A DNA stretch of 64,000 bases from Caecitellus pseudoparvulus (GCA_965644315.1 CBFFRQ010000067.1:62001-126000), one strand, 5' to 3'. Counted from the first letter of the stretch, positions 20,932 through 34,795 are shown. Notes: a model not told the origin generated them from the letters alone. Program-made: numbers and translations.

Positions 20932-23900
20932 TCAAAGCGGACCGCGTTTGGCGCCCCCACCATCGACATCTTCTTGCACACCATGACAGGGCACCTGGTC
21001 GGCCATTTGCCCCAGCACGTAGGCGAGGACTGCCCAGGCCTGCCACGTGCCTCGCTCCATGTGCACCCATTTCGCCCACAGCGCCTGCCACAGCCCAGCT
21101 CTGGCTGATGGAGTGTTCGCTGCATACTCCCCACTTGGTGCGGCTTCCGCCAGCAACTCAGTGGCATGCTTGGCTCGGTGTGTAGCTGCCTGGGCGGCAT
21201 GGCGCAGCAACACAGACACTGCCCAGTCCAGATCACCATGTGCCGGCAACCTCCCTGCTGCAGCTCCCTCGTGCTTCACGCACACACCTTGCATATGCAG
21301 TGCTGCAGTCGTAAATGTGCATGCAGCCGGGGTGGCCCAGTGACTGGCTGCAAAGTGACTCCCTGGCGCAAGGAGGTATGCGCGGGACGTCAGAGGCGGC
21401 AGGTCAGGCTCTGAGCACGCCAGCAAGGCAAGCGCGCCAAACGTGACGCACGCCGAGTGCTGGCTCACCCACCTGCGTCGCAGTCCCAGCAGCGAGTGGC
21501 AGACACATGCCAGAGCTTGGTCCCCGCCACACAGACTGCAAGTCAGCGCCACAGGGGGGGTGCGCCACTCTGCAACTGCAGCACGGGCGTCAAACCCCGG
21601 AAGGACAGCAGCAGCCAAGCGACTTGCACAATGAGGGCAATGCTGCTCAGTGGGGGAGCTGGCTTTGACGGTGATGGGAGTGTGCCCGGTGCCGTCGCCA
21701 GCCAGGTGCCGGCCGTGTTCCGCGCAGTGCAGGCAGAACTTGACGTCACGGGCATGGTGGGCGGCACAGCCCACACATTGCACGTGCAGCCCCGTCAATT
21801 CTTCGCGGCACACGACACAGAAGTAGTCGTCCACGGCGCTGGCGTCGAGTTCGCCGGTGCAGTCATGTGCGTCCACCTGCACGCCGCGGCACTGGTTGCG
21901 AAGGCGCTGGATAAGCTCCAGGCGCTGAGTGTGGCTGAAGGCGGCATGCGTGGCGCCTGCCGCAGGAAACACAGGCGGTGAGAGGGATTGCAAGGGATTC
22001 TCTCGCTCAATCTCGGCACTACCCGCCGCCTGCAGTTGGATGGTCGCAAATGCCCCAGCACCAGCAACCCAGCCCAGCGCCGACCGCAGAACACTGTTCC
22101 AGGCCTCCTTCTCGTCGGCTGCAGGGGACTTCTTGCGAATGGTGGGCTCCTCAGAGTCAGAGCAGAAGAACGTGCGGAGGAAGCCCGAGACGAGGGCATC
22201 ATCTGCGTGCTGCTTCGGCTTGACTACCACAGGCGGTGTCAAGGCAGCTCGGAGGGCAGCAGCGCGTGCTTTGCCTAGCCTCTGACAGGGCGGCATCAGG
22301 GGCACTGCAGGGGGGGACACAGCACGGTCGCATTTCACTTTAGTGGGAAGCCTTTTCACTTTTGAAGGCGCAGATTTGGCCTGGGAGGTTGCGTCTGTCA
22401 ACTTGCCGCGCGGTACTTGGCGCGGTGCAGGGGCTGCCTTTCGAACGGTGTGTGTCACAGGGAGCTGGCTCGCGGCGGAGGCATCAGGGTCTAAGATACT
22501 TCGGGATGGGGCACTGCCCCGTTCATCACCGTCTGTGGCATGCTCAGTGACTTTTATGTTGAGTGCTGTCCGCATGATTCGAGAAGCACGTGACGCTGCT
22601 TGGCGCCTGGGCCTTCGGGAACGTGGCGCTGCGCTTTGACGAGTCCCTTGCACGTCCATTGTGGAGCCCTTCACACCCAGCTCCCCAGCTATTGTGGCAG
22701 AGTGCTGGTCGGGGCTAGGAACCAAAGAATCGGCAGTTCGCGGCCGCTTGGGAGGCGGCGCAAGCCTGGCCTGTTGAGGCAGTTGCTCTTCTCGCCCTTG
22801 CCCTGCACAATCAAGGGCACTATTCTCTCCTGACACCTGTGCTACTACAACCTCATCGCTGCCTTTCCTTGACGCCTCGACACCCCCTGGCGCCTCTGCA
22901 GATGGGCGCGGGGAGGGCGCTGCACTCTCCAAACTGCTCCGTGCGCCGGCCACACCTTTCGCTGACCTTGCACTGATAGCTGTTCGCAAGCTGGGCGACA
23001 TGGAGTTCGAACGCGTGGTTGTGGGTCGTCGCTTGCGGTGTGCACGGCTGGCCTTGCAGCGTGCCGCGTCCAAGGCGTGCTGCAGCTCACCCCGAGAGGC
23101 CCCACTGGTGGATGTGACGAGGGTGTGCAGGTGCAGCAAGGCGGGAGCCGCCCATGGCCCCCACGACACGCCACTCGCGCCAAGTCGCACCGCCCCCCGT
23201 GCAGGCCAGTGCACATGAGTGACAATGTCCCGGGCAGATTGAGGGAGCGCGTCAGCCGCATCCGACAGGAGGGTGCTTGACAGTGGAAGCGGGACGTACG
23301 TTCCACTTGCCCCAGAGACCACAGTCATCTGCACATGTGATGGCAGCGTCGGCAGGCTGCCTTGCACGGCAGTGGCCAGTCGCAGAGCACGTCGCCACGC
23401 GACCTCCACGCCGCCCTGCACATCATCCATGCCCCATCCCACTCCGCCTGGCACCGTGGGCGCTGCACACCCGCCACCCTCCCGCGCTGCAATGTCCACA
23501 GCTCGACGCAGCAGGCGGCGTGCTGTTGGGGGGTGCGTCGCCAAAACTGCCGCTATCATGCCCTGCAAGGCGGCCTTGGTGACGCTGATGCAGTTGCGAC
23601 GGTGCAGTGCGTTGCCCTGCACCGCTGACAGGGCCGTGGAGAACTCCTCCACCAGCCCACCGGGAGTGACTCCCGGAAACAACCAGTCCCACGCAACTGA
23701 GCTGCACATGTCCAGGTGTGGCGCCACGTGCGTTCGTGGCACACGCACCCGCCGACAGGTCAGCTCATCCCGCACCGCATCCAGCACAGCTTGGGGCGCA
23801 GTGGATGGTGCACACGGCAGCATGGGGTGAGACCCCGGCACATCCTTCGGCATGACGTGGCAGGGGGGCGCCAGGGCCCCATCGCCCTCCGTCGCGGCTG

Positions 23901-26058
23901 CAAGCCAGTCACCCCATTCGCGCATCGTGGCGCTGTTTGCGGCACTTTCCGGGTGACCCGTCCAGGGTGGCAGGGCCCCCAGCCACTGCGCTGCCTGTGG
24001 CGGTGTGGTGGTGGGCAGGGGCCAGTGCAGTCCACCTCGCAGGCTGGCGTTGAACTGCTCTGTGCCGCCTGCCACGCCGTCGCTCGCGCCCGGCATGCTG
24101 CGCCAAAGGACGTCGGCTGGTCGCAGTGCAAAGGCCAGTGCTGCAGGGTGGTCGCACGGCAGCTTGCGAAAGGCATGCAGTCTGCCCTTGCCCAGGTGCA
24201 CGCTGTCGAAGGGGTAGAGCAGGAAGTGGGATGAGGTGAGACCAGCGGCGTGGAGATCAGCCAGTGCCCTGCGGGTGGGCCATGGCGGCTTGCTGCCGTC
24301 GCTGTGCGCCATGCCTCGGAGGGGGGCAGGGGGCCCCCCTGCCCCCCCTGCCAGTGTGTTCAGCACGGCCTGTTTGGCCACGTCGGGCATGCGGCGGAAC
24401 ACGATGACTTCGTTCAGGCCGCCCAGGCTCAAGTGCCCGCTGTCCACCGTGCCAGAGCCGTCTTGGTGGAACCAGGTGAATGACCCGGCAGGCGTCACGT
24501 ACAGGTTGGGGCCCATGAATGTACGTGCCGCCGGCTGCAGGTGTTGCAGTGCGCACTGCCGACTGGCTGGCAGACACGCCAAGCCGTATGCGGCGCCGAT
24601 GTCAGCGGCAGCCTCGGGAGCCACGGCCTCCAACGAAGCGTCAATCAAGTACACCGTGTCTTGTCGTGCGTTCAGCGGGGTGCGCTGGCCCCCCATGCTG
24701 CCCACTGCCAGGTGCAGTGCGGGGTGTGCAGGAAACGCCAACCCCGCCACCATCTGCACACCCCCCACCTCCACACTGGGAGCTGGCTCCCCCACTGCGG
24801 CAGGTGAAGCTGGGGCATACCACTGCACAGCATCCTCACCAGCAGCGGTGGAGGGGGGTACTGTGGCACACTCCGCCTGCCCTGTCACCGGCGTGGCTGC
24901 CGCCCGGCACGCAGCACACTCCGCCTGCCCCAGAGCGGCCTCCCACGCTGCCAGGGGGATGGGGGCACGCAGACACGAAGGGTCCACCGACGCCAGGACA
25001 AACACCCGCCCTTCACAGCTACGAGCCAGTCCCAGGCTCCACAGCGCTTGCCTTGCCAGAGACGCCGGAGCAGCAGCCCCTTCGCGAGGTCCGCTCAAGC
25101 CGAACACGTCCTCACCGTCGCACAGGCAGTGGTACAGGGTTGCTGCGTGGGTGGGTGCGTCTGCGAACACTGTCTGCAGGGCCGCCCAGTCGTGTTGGGC
25201 CATGGCCAGGAGGTAGGACATGCAGGAGGCCACCAGCTGCGGCTGAGGTGGTCTGGGTGGCGCTCTCGCGTGACGCGGTCGGCGGCTGGTCAAGTGCAGG
25301 TCCTGGGGCAGGTGCAGGAGGGCGGCCTGCGCGGCACACCACGCCTGGCGGGCCCACTGGATGTAGGCTGCATCCCACATGGCGATTCCTGCGGCACGGC
25401 AGTGTGGGTGGTGTGGGCCTGCGGCCATGGGCGTGCGTGTGGCAGCCTCACCTCCGCGCACGGCCATGTAACGTGCGAAGGCAGCGTGCGTCATGCTGAG
25501 CCACCCTGCCTCGTGTGTCGTCCCGTCGTCTTGTGTGACAAAGTGCCGGAACTTGGAGTACATGATGTCGCCGCTCCTGGGGTGGGGGAAGGGGCGTGTG
25601 CCGATACCGGGAGGCCAGATCACGTGAGCGTCAGAGGACCCAGGCTAGCCCCCGGCACACGCACCGCTTGGAGAGAAAGGACCACTGCCACAAGTCCTTG
25701 TTCAGCGCTGCAGTGGTTCCCCGCACCACCAGCGTCGTGTCGTGCACTTCCATCAGCCTGCTCGGTGGGAAAGGGCTCCACGACGTGTTGCGGAAATTGC
25801 TCCCAGCGTCGCAGTTCGAAATGCCTCGCACCGGTACAAGTATGCAGACAGCGCAGACCTCGTGACGGCGTCCAACAGGACAGAGGCGTGGGGCAGCTGC
25901 ACGCGGATGAGCCTGGCTTCCGTGTCCATCAGCACAAACCGCTCCAGGCCTCGCGGCGGCCGCAGCCGTTTCACTGGCGTTGGAGGTGGCAGCGCAGTGC
26001 TGCCTCCCACGCGCACGTCCTCATCGTGCCCACTCCTGGGCAGCCCATCCTCATCCAT
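20932..26058 (-). CDS. JmjC-domain protein (putative histone demethylase/hydroxylase) with C-terminal Cys-rich zinc fingers
   Basis: NLYVTPAGSFTWFHQDGSGTVDSGH..VHLGKGRLHAFRK gives the HxD..H triad, plus CSSVAWDW. C-terminal FCVVCREELTGLHVQCVGC..FCLHC and CPHC..CSLC..CVCH. Two small 5' exons (ATG 26058, MDEDGLP..DAVTR|LMEVHD..FLSKR|SGDIMY) are joined by GT-AG introns. Confidence 0.82.
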
Positions 26059-26242
26059 GGCACATAGGACAGTGCATTGTTCGCTCTCAGCATCCCACCA
26101 AACTCCACAGTCTCCTGTGCGACTCTGCACTGTCGATTTGGCCGCTTCGTCCGCACGCCAGGCACACCACAACCACCCCCCCTGGCACCCCGGCCTGGCC
26201 ACACAGTCGCCCACCTCACCACACACATCTTAACCCTGCAAC

Positions 26243-27320
26243 TCACGCGAACCCAGTGGCGGCAGCGGCCGTCGGCGTGACACTGGCCACAAACGCCGCC
26301 CGTACCCGTTGGACAAATGCCGAGAAGTTGTTTGTGGCGTTCAGCTCTGCCAGGAGGGTCGGCATGCTGGGCAGGGAGGGGCTGCACTCTCTCAGAACGT
26401 ACTCCTCTGACTCAGACACGTGCAGCGTGAAGGTGAAGGGCTGGGCGGGTTGTGCGGGGTCGATGTGCGTGAAGACGAGGCGGACGTTTTCGTCAGCCAT
26501 GGCTTCGAAGGTGAGGCCCAGCCGCGCGTAATACGCGATGCCCTTGCTCATCTCCTTGATGGCGTAGTCCAGCTCCGCCTGGCGCCGTGTCAACTCTGTG
26601 GGGTGGGCGTGTGAGGAGTCAATGGAACGGCACAGCGCGTGGCGTGCAACGCAGCACACGCACGACTCTGCGCCTCGGACAACTCCGCCTGACTGGCCGC
26701 TGCCTCTCCTGCAGCCGCCTGCACCTGTGACGGCAGCTTGGTCTTCTGGCTCTGGTGAGGGGGGAAGGTGGGTGGGGAGACAGTGCGGCACTGTAGACTG
26801 GCCAGGGCACACGCCCCGTCACACCTGCAAGTCCTCCAGCTGCTGTCGTTTCTCCTGAAGCATGCTCTCCTCGCGGCGCAGCTCTGTGGGCGAGCAATAG
26901 GGGATGCCTCGCGTGTGCTGGGCAAAGCGGGCTAACGCCAAGCTGGCCAGGGCAGCGCACGCACGGGCAGTCAACTCCGAAGCACGGCTCTGAGCGCCCG
27001 CTTCCTGTCCCTTGAGGGCCTGAATGGTGCCTGTAACAAACATTCCGCAGAGGTTCGCGTGGTGCAGTGTCGGGGTGTGGCGTGAGCACGGCCCGGGGCT
27101 GGTGCGGGGCAGCGTGAATTGGCGTTGTGAAACGCCAGGCGAAACGCGCACCTTCCAGACCACGCATGACCCGTTCATGCTCATCCACGGCCTGCTGCAG
27201 TGCGACTTCATTGCTTTCCACAAAGGACTCGATGCGGCTCTTGGCTTCCGCAAGCTCGGCCACCAGCTCCTGAGCGGCGCTCTTGGCTGCCGAGGCAGCT
27301 GTGCTGTGCGGGCTCGCCAT
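26243..27320 (-). CDS. SPC25: Kinetochore Ndc80-complex subunit Spc25 (multi-exon)
   Basis: N-terminal coiled-coil exons, then KGIAYYARLGLTFEAMADENVRLVFTHIDPAQPAQPFTFTLHV..YVLRECSPSL..LLAELNATNNFSAFVQRVRAAF, the Spc25 RWD domain pattern. Confidence 0.9.
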
Positions 27321-27737
27321 GCCTCGCTCGTCTGACAAGGACTGGGGCACTCTGACGGAGACGGCACAATGCAACGTAAACTGTGGTGTGAATATTTTCG
27401 TTATGTCACGCCGCCGTGTGCGTGTCTGAGGCACCCTTCCGTTGCCCTTCCACACCAGCAGCAGCTGCGGTCTTGCCAACTCTCCCCCCAACGCCTTCCG
27501 TGCTTGCGTGGCCAGTGAAGCCTGACACGCGCTGCAGTACGTACCAGCGCCTTAAAACGATAAAGTGCATGTACGTGTGCCTTGCTCACTGCGCCACCCC
27601 GCAAGGGCTCGCGTGGGCATGGGCTGGGTGTGAGCTGCCGTTGGACGGCGAAACGCTCGTCGACACCCCGTCGCTCAGGACCGCGCACTCCCCGCCTCCC
27701 ACGCCCCTTCCGCAGAACTAGACTGGATCCTCCGCCC

Positions 27738-30700
27738 ATGGCCGATTCCACTCCCGATGGGGGGCTGAGTGACTCGCGCAGGGTGCGGTTCAGCGGCAAG
27801 AACCAGTTCTCTGCCACGCCAGAGATGCCTGGTGCCAGCACTGGCCCACCCCCCTCAAGTGAAGCTGGGGGGGGGAAGCCAGGCCAGGCTGAGACTGGCA
27901 TGGAGGTGGCCCCTGGCACTCACGTGTGGGTGAGCCCCGCTGGCACCCCGGGTGGCGCGTTCGAGGGCGTGGTTGTTGGCCCCTCTGTGCGTGGGGGATA
28001 TGCAGTGCAGGAGGATGAGTCGGGGCGCCTGCACGAGGGCGTGCTCAACGCAGAGGTGTTCGTAACGGCTGACCCGCTGGACCTGGGTGATGCGTTGTTG
28101 GTGGGGGACCGGGTACAGGTGACGGCGACGGCCCCAGCGCTGGCGCCCCTGCCGCACCTGGCCTCTGCTGCGTTACATGGGTGGCTGGATGGACGAGTCA
28201 CATCAGTGCACCGACAAGGGGCGGGGGGGGTCGTGTACGATGTGGCAGTGCAGGCTGCCCCTGGCACAGTGCTGACCAGTGTCGCATCAAGCGACTTGCG
28301 AGTGCTGGTGCGGCCGGCAGATCTGGCGGTGCATGGGGACCACGAGGGGGGGTCCGGCCCAGAGGAGGGGGGGGGTCGTCTCACCGTCGGCGCCCGGGCT
28401 GAGCGGTGGTCCAAACAGAAGGGGTCCTGGGTACCGGGGACAGTGACGGGGGTGGTGGAGGAAGCTGTTCCGGGTTCGCACCCCGGCGTGTTCCAGTTCA
28501 CCTCTGACGCGGGGAAAGTGCGGAACAATGTCCCGGGCGACCAAATCCGCCTGCCGGACGACTCACCGCCTCCCCCTCAGCCGTCCGCTCTTCCAGCCGG
28601 CCCTGACGGGTACGGTGCGGATGCCGCCGCCAAGTTGACTGAAGGCTCCCGTGTCACAGCCGCGTTCCGAGGTGCAGGTCCGGCAGTACCAGCGACAGTG
28701 AGCCAAGTGGGTAGCAGTGCCGCTGGGGCGGTGTACAGCCTGGCTTACGACGACGGGCGGGAGGAGGAGGGTGTTCCGGAACACGGAGTCAACGGAGTCA
28801 CTGCAGGCGGCGCCAGCGCCGTGCGACAGGGGGACCGCATCCAAATGCCACCCCGGGCCGGGCACGGTGCAGCGTGGGGCACCGTGACTCGATTGCACCC
28901 AGATGGCTCATCCCTGGCTGGGTGCGTGGATGTGCGTTTCGACAGCGGCGTGGCTGGGCGGGGACTGCCCCTGCCCTCGGCAGTGGCGGCGCTGGATGGG
29001 CAGTGGGAGCAGGGGGGTGGAGGGGGGGGGGGTGCCGCACCCCCCCCCTCACACCCCTCCTTCGTTGTCGGGGACCGGGTGGAAGCGCAGTTCCAAGGTG
29101 TGGGGGAGGTGCTGGGGGCCACTGTGGCTGCCGTTGACTCACCCCCCAGTGACCTGCTCACGCTGCACTTTGACTCGGGTGCGACGGAGCGTGATGTTCC
29201 GCCTGAGGACGTTGTTCCGGCTGCGACGGGGTCCGCCGGTGTCGGGTGTCGGGAGGGGGACTACGTGATGGCACCCCCCCGCCCCAAGCGCCCCGATGCA
29301 AAGGCTGCAGCCATCATCACACGGCTGAGGCGGCAGGGCGCAGTGGACCTGCGTTTCGTGCGATCTGGGGTCGTGCGTCCTGCCACCCCTCAAGCTGCCC
29401 TGGCCGCCGTGCGGGCACCGAAGGAGCTGGAGCGCACTGACGCCGCCTGGGGCGCTGTGTTCTTGCCTGGTGCGTTGGTGTTCGTGCCGTACAAGGGCCG
29501 GGAAGCCAAGGCGGAAGTGGTGGCGCCGGCGGGGCCTGAGGGTGTGGAGGTGCTGGTGCGGCGCAAGCGGCGGGTCGTGCCCCTTGCCGACGTGCAGCTG
29601 GACCCCGCCGCCTCCCAGCCGGCGGCCGTGTCCACCGCCCTGGAGATGTTAGAGTGCCCCTTTGCAGACGGCATCCCGCCGCCAGGCTGCGTGTTGCCGG
29701 GTGGCGACGATGTGGCGGGGGGTGACTCGGATGGTGACTCGGATGCCAGTTGGGGCGCAGGCAGCGACGATGACTCGGACGCCAGTTGGGGGGAGGTGTA
29801 CGGGAGGGAAGGCAGCCACCCCGACGCGCCAGCACCCTCCCGAGATGTCTTGTCATCCACCTTCAGCATGCTGTTGGGGACACGGGGTGGAGGGGGGGTC
29901 GCGAGTGGTGGTCAGGGGGGGCTGGGGGACACCATGACCCCCCTCCCGCAAGGCGGCGCCTCCATGCTAGCGCCTTCCGTCTTGGCGCACCTCGCCAACA
30001 CGCGCCTGAGGGGGGACCCTGAGGAGCTCGAAGGCGAAGGTCAGAACAGCGGGGGGGGCAGCGACCCCCCCGTCCCTGACACCCAGGCCTTGGCGCACTA
30101 CGAACCCCCCGCCGACCCGTCCGCACACAGACAAGGCCGCCTCATGCTGGCCGGGCCGTATGCCCCATGGAAACACTCCCCATCAGGCGCGTTGGTGGGG
30201 AGGGGGGTGCGGGGGGGGGGCTGGGGGCGTTCGCGCCGCTTGGGCGGTACGTCGGGCGCCAGCAGCGCACTCGTCTCGCGCGCTACGGCTTCTCTGATGC
30301 GTTGGGGGCAGAGGCAGACGGACCAGGGGATGCGCAGGGGGGTGCCCTGCGAGTTGTTCTGGACGGCGCAGTGACTCCCGGAACAGAGCCCCCCATCGAC
30401 CTGGATGTGGAGCTGTCTGACGCGCTGGACTGCCACGACATTGAGCTGCAGTTCGCGACGGTGCAGCCCATGCCGGCTCCCCCCGGGGAAGCGGCCTGGT
30501 CCCCCCCCCCCTCTGTCTTCTTCACATTTTCCTTCTGGACGGTGGGCGGTATTCGCACTCGCCCCCTGGCGTGTGTGCCGGACGCCGCCACTGCCACGGC
30601 CGGGGCGGGGCCACTGCATGTGCTCATGCCGCCGCAGCTGGCCGCACAGGTGGAACACGGAACACACGTGTCCCGCCGCCCCACTGCGCGGGATCACTCC

Positions 30701-33700
30701 CGTCTTGTTGCAGGGGCAGGGGGTGGCAAGGCTGTGGATGAGGGGCCGTCGGCTGCCGAGTCCAAGGGGGGGATGGGGGGGGGGGACTCCGATTCCAAAT
30801 CGGGCGCCCTACCCCCATCTGGCCTGGCGTCGTGGTCAGGGGATGTGCGCGCATCCCTGGCTGGGCGACGTGTGGGTCAGGGTTCAGCCCAGGGCGCAGA
30901 GGTGCAGGTTGATGCGGCGTTGATGGGCGCCGTGCCCACGCCGCCCGCCGTGCGACTGCGTGTGGACCCGGGCCTGGCGGGGCAGCGGGGTGGGGTGAGG
31001 GCGTTTCTGGAGTACCTTGCGGAGAAATTTCTGCACGTGGAGATGTGGGATGCCGCGTCGCAGCTGCCGCTGGGGCACCTGAGCGTGCCGCTGTCGCCGC
31101 TGCTGCGCCGGCAGCGCCGCTCCCGCACCGTAATACGCAGCTACCCCCTCCTGCCGTACAACAGCCCGACACACTCCAGCGCGCCAGGGGCAGTCGGAAC
31201 ACCCGCCCCAGGCACCCTGGCCGCCACGGCAACGCACATCCGTGTTCCAGAGGTGTCGGGCGGACATGCGAGTCACCTGCCGCGGGGCCAGGGCGGTGGC
31301 GTGACCATGGGCGCATGGGGCATGGGGGGGGACGTCGCCCCCCTCGCAGAGGTGAGCGTCATTTTCAAGAACACTGGTCGCCGGGGGGCTGTTCCGGAGC
31401 AGGTCGCATTCGTCGAGCAGGGCGGGTCGCAGGGCCTGCTCGCGGCACAGCTGCCCCCCCCCTCACGTGAAGTGGGGGGGGGCACAGGGCGCCGCGCCGG
31501 CCGTGTGCGAGTCACTGCCCGCCCCATTGGCGCCGGTGATGCAAGTGTGACTCGCCTGTTGGCGGCCCGGGGTGCGGGGCGCAGCGGGGGCGGCAAGGTG
31601 TCTGTTCGGGCAGCTAGACGAGGGGAGGGCGAGGGAAGGGCCGAGGGTGGACCGACCCCCCCTCAGACAGAGCACGAGGGGGGGTCGGACATGTCCTCCC
31701 CCTCCACCCTGTCTTCCGCCGAGTGTTCCGTGCTGCAGCGCATCTTTTCGTCCGCAGAATGGGCCGATGCGGTGGCGGGGGGCGCTGATGTGCTGCCGAT
31801 GTCCGCGAAGTTCGTCGCAGATGACTTCGTGGCGTGGATCACCGGCCAAGCCACGCCCATGCTGGGCCCACCCTCCGCTGACCCCGACACTGACTCCACC
31901 CTGACGCCTGCCGCGTCAGCCACAGCCGCGCTGGCGACGGGGTCTGGTCCCCCCACCGTGGAGGTGCTGGTCGCACGTGCGATCCTGGGCGAAGCACACC
32001 GCGCCGCCGTCGCCAGCGGCCTGCCTGAGGGTGTGGACGCCCCAGAAGCCGCCCTCACCCCCGCCCGCTCACAGCGCGGCAGTCTCCTGTACACGCCCTT
32101 CCGCGCGGCAGAGGCGTATGTGGCGGGCAAGGTGTCTCACTCCCGGGCGGCGGCGTCGCGCGCGGCGCTGGGCAGTCGGCACCTGCGACGTGCCGACGTG
32201 GAGGGCGACGACGACGCCCTGGCCGACGCGACCGACCCCACCATGGAGGCGCCCGCCTTAACGGCCGGGGAGGGCGAGGTGCCGTTGGAGCCAGGGGAGA
32301 TGATCTTAGGTCGTGTGCGGTGGGTGCTGGCGCGCGACCTGCGCACGCGTCTGACCGACGCGGAGTTCGACCGGCTGGTCGATCGGTGGGAGGCGGGGCA
32401 GCGGCGAGCTGGTCGCGCAGGTCCATCGCGCCGTGCGACGGGCGCTGCTGCCGACAAGCGTGAGTTGCTGGTGGTTCCCTGGCGCGCGTTCGTGGACGAT
32501 GTGCTGGACACAGCGCTGGAAGCAGCCAAGGCGGCGCGGGAGGGGGGCGAGGAGGAGTCACCCTTGCGGGGGGCGGGGGATGGCCCCGCGGGTCACTCGG
32601 GGGTGACTCCTGGTGGCTGGGCCATCGTTGTGGCGCGGGAGTTCGGCGGGCAGCTGCCGCCGGCTGCGGTCGTCGCGCGGGGAAAAATTCTCCGCGCCCT
32701 CTCGTACGTGGGGCGAGGCGGCGGCGTGGGCCCAGCGCACTTTCTCCGCAGCATGCTGTCCACCGTGGACTTCACCCGCGACGGCCGCGTGAGCTGGGAG
32801 GACGCCGCGGCAGCGGCTGCGGAGTTTTTAAATCTCCGCATGTGCCTGCCGGGCGCCCCCGTCACCGCCACCTCGCACGAGCTGGGAGTCACCATCACCG
32901 GCGCATCAGCGGAGGGCGACCTCGTGTCCAGCGAGTACGGCGCTGCCCTCGCAGCTCGGCAGTTGCGACGGGGGCAGGTCGCAGAGGGCGACACACGCGC
33001 CATCGTCGGGCCACGGGGTGTTCTGCGCAGCTCGTTCGGCGGTGTTCCGTCCTCATCCAGGGCGGAACAACTGCAGCTCCTGCAGATGTACCGGGAAGGC
33101 CGCAAACACGCCCTCGTGGGTTCCCTGCTGCAGGCAGCCGTGACGTCAGTGTACCACCTGCACGTGCGATTCGGGGTCGCGAGTCTCCTCCTGCACACGT
33201 TGGAAAACCCCTTCCCCGCCCCCCTCCGCTTGCACGTGGGTGTGGAGGACCCCTTCTCCGAACTGCGCCTGGTGTCCGACGCCGCCGAGCTGGCGTTTCT
33301 GCTGAAGGTGCTACAGCCAGAGGCAGCGGACCAGGGTGCTGCTGCCCTGGCTGCGAGGGGTGTGCAGGGGGGGGGAGGGTGTGCCGCTCGCCCACTGCCG
33401 TTGACGCCCGAGGGAGACCTGGTGGTGGGCCCACGCGAGCGTATTACGGTGCCCCTCCTCTTCCTCTCCTTCGCCGGTGGCGCCACACCCCCCACCCGCG
33501 AAGCCGTCATCCTGGCAGGCAAAGACACCCTCACAGACCCCAGCATCGCGGAGGAGTCTGCTGGGGCGTACGAGGAGGGGGTGGGAGGGGGGGGTGCATC
33601 CGCCACCCCCACCCCCCGCTCCACCACCGCCTACACTGCCCTGGCCCTCACCGCTGGCGAACTGCGACGCATGCGCCTGCTGGAGGAGGGAGCTGGTCGC

Positions 33701-34795
33701 AGCTCCCAGCGCAGTGGTCGCGGGCAGTGGCAGGCGCCCATCCAGCCCCGCACCATCCCCGTGCACATCACCAACGCCGACACAGGTACACAACTGGCCC
33801 TGCTGAAAGTGGTGCTGCGCCCACGCCCTGCCCCCGTGCACCGTGTCCTGCGTTTCTTCGTGCCCGAGGGCGAGTACATGAGCGCCGACCTGCTGCTGCC
33901 GAACTCCCGCTCAGTGGGCCCACTGGTGCGCCCAGGTGGCAGCGCTGCGCCTGTCAGCACTCGCTCCAGCTCTGCGCTGGCTGCGACGGGGGCAGCGGCG
34001 TTGCCGGGACAGTACGTACACTGTGCGGACTCCGAGGCCACCATCGAGTGCCGGGACACGTCGGCAGGTCGCGTGGCGACGGTGCGGTACCGGGCGGGCC
34101 TCTTTCCCTCGGCACATGACTTCCACGTGCTGCTGTACAATGACCCGTACGCGGCGTCCTTGCACGAGGCGTGGCACGTCATCGTGCACCCACTGAGCAA
34201 CCAGCACCTCGTCACGACCTTGGGGCAGACGGCGCGAGTTGAGATCGGCATCCGGGGCGGCCGGCGCCAGCGCGAAGCCACCGTGTTTGTCTCTGACCCC
34301 TCCAAACTGCGCCTCGTGTCTGGCCCCCACGTGCACCTTGTTCCGGGTGCCACCAACGCAGTCAGCATGACGTACCGCGCCACCACACCGGGCACTGAGG
34401 CGCTGCAAGTGCACATCGTGGACCGGCACACCCACGAACTCATCTCCGCGTGGCGCCTCACCGCCACCACCAACATGCCCCGCATCGCGCGGTCCTACAC
34501 CCTCACCGTGCCAGTGGGGCGGCCCGTGCGGCGCAAACTGGAGTACACCAACCGCTGGCCCAACCAGCGGGTGTTCGCGGTGACCTCCAACGCACCACAC
34601 ATCCTCAGCACCCGGGAGCCTGATGCGTTGGCGTTGGAGGGCAGCGCCACGGGTTTCATCGGCCTCACCGTGCACGCCGTGCGCACGCCACGCCTGGAGG
34701 AGGTCCTGCTGTTTGTGAACGATGAGGAGGATGTGAACGTGGAAACGCTGCTGGTGCGCGTCAAGTACGTGCCCAGCGCCTACGTGGGCTTGTGA
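27738..34795 (+). CDS. NPHP4: Nephrocystin-4-like transition-zone protein with N-terminal Tudor-like repeats; frame break near 30160
   Basis: ORF2 has RTRLARYGF, DALDCHDIELQF, SVFFTFSFW, FLEYLAEKFLHVEMWDAASQLPLGHLSVPLSPLLRRQR, LENPF, PVHRVLRF, FHVLLYNDPY and RRKLEYTNRW..FVNDEED, all NPHP4-like. ORF1 (27738-30374) has repeated VGDRVEA..Y/FD.G..E..VP units. The two ORFs overlap in different frames. Confidence 0.8.
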
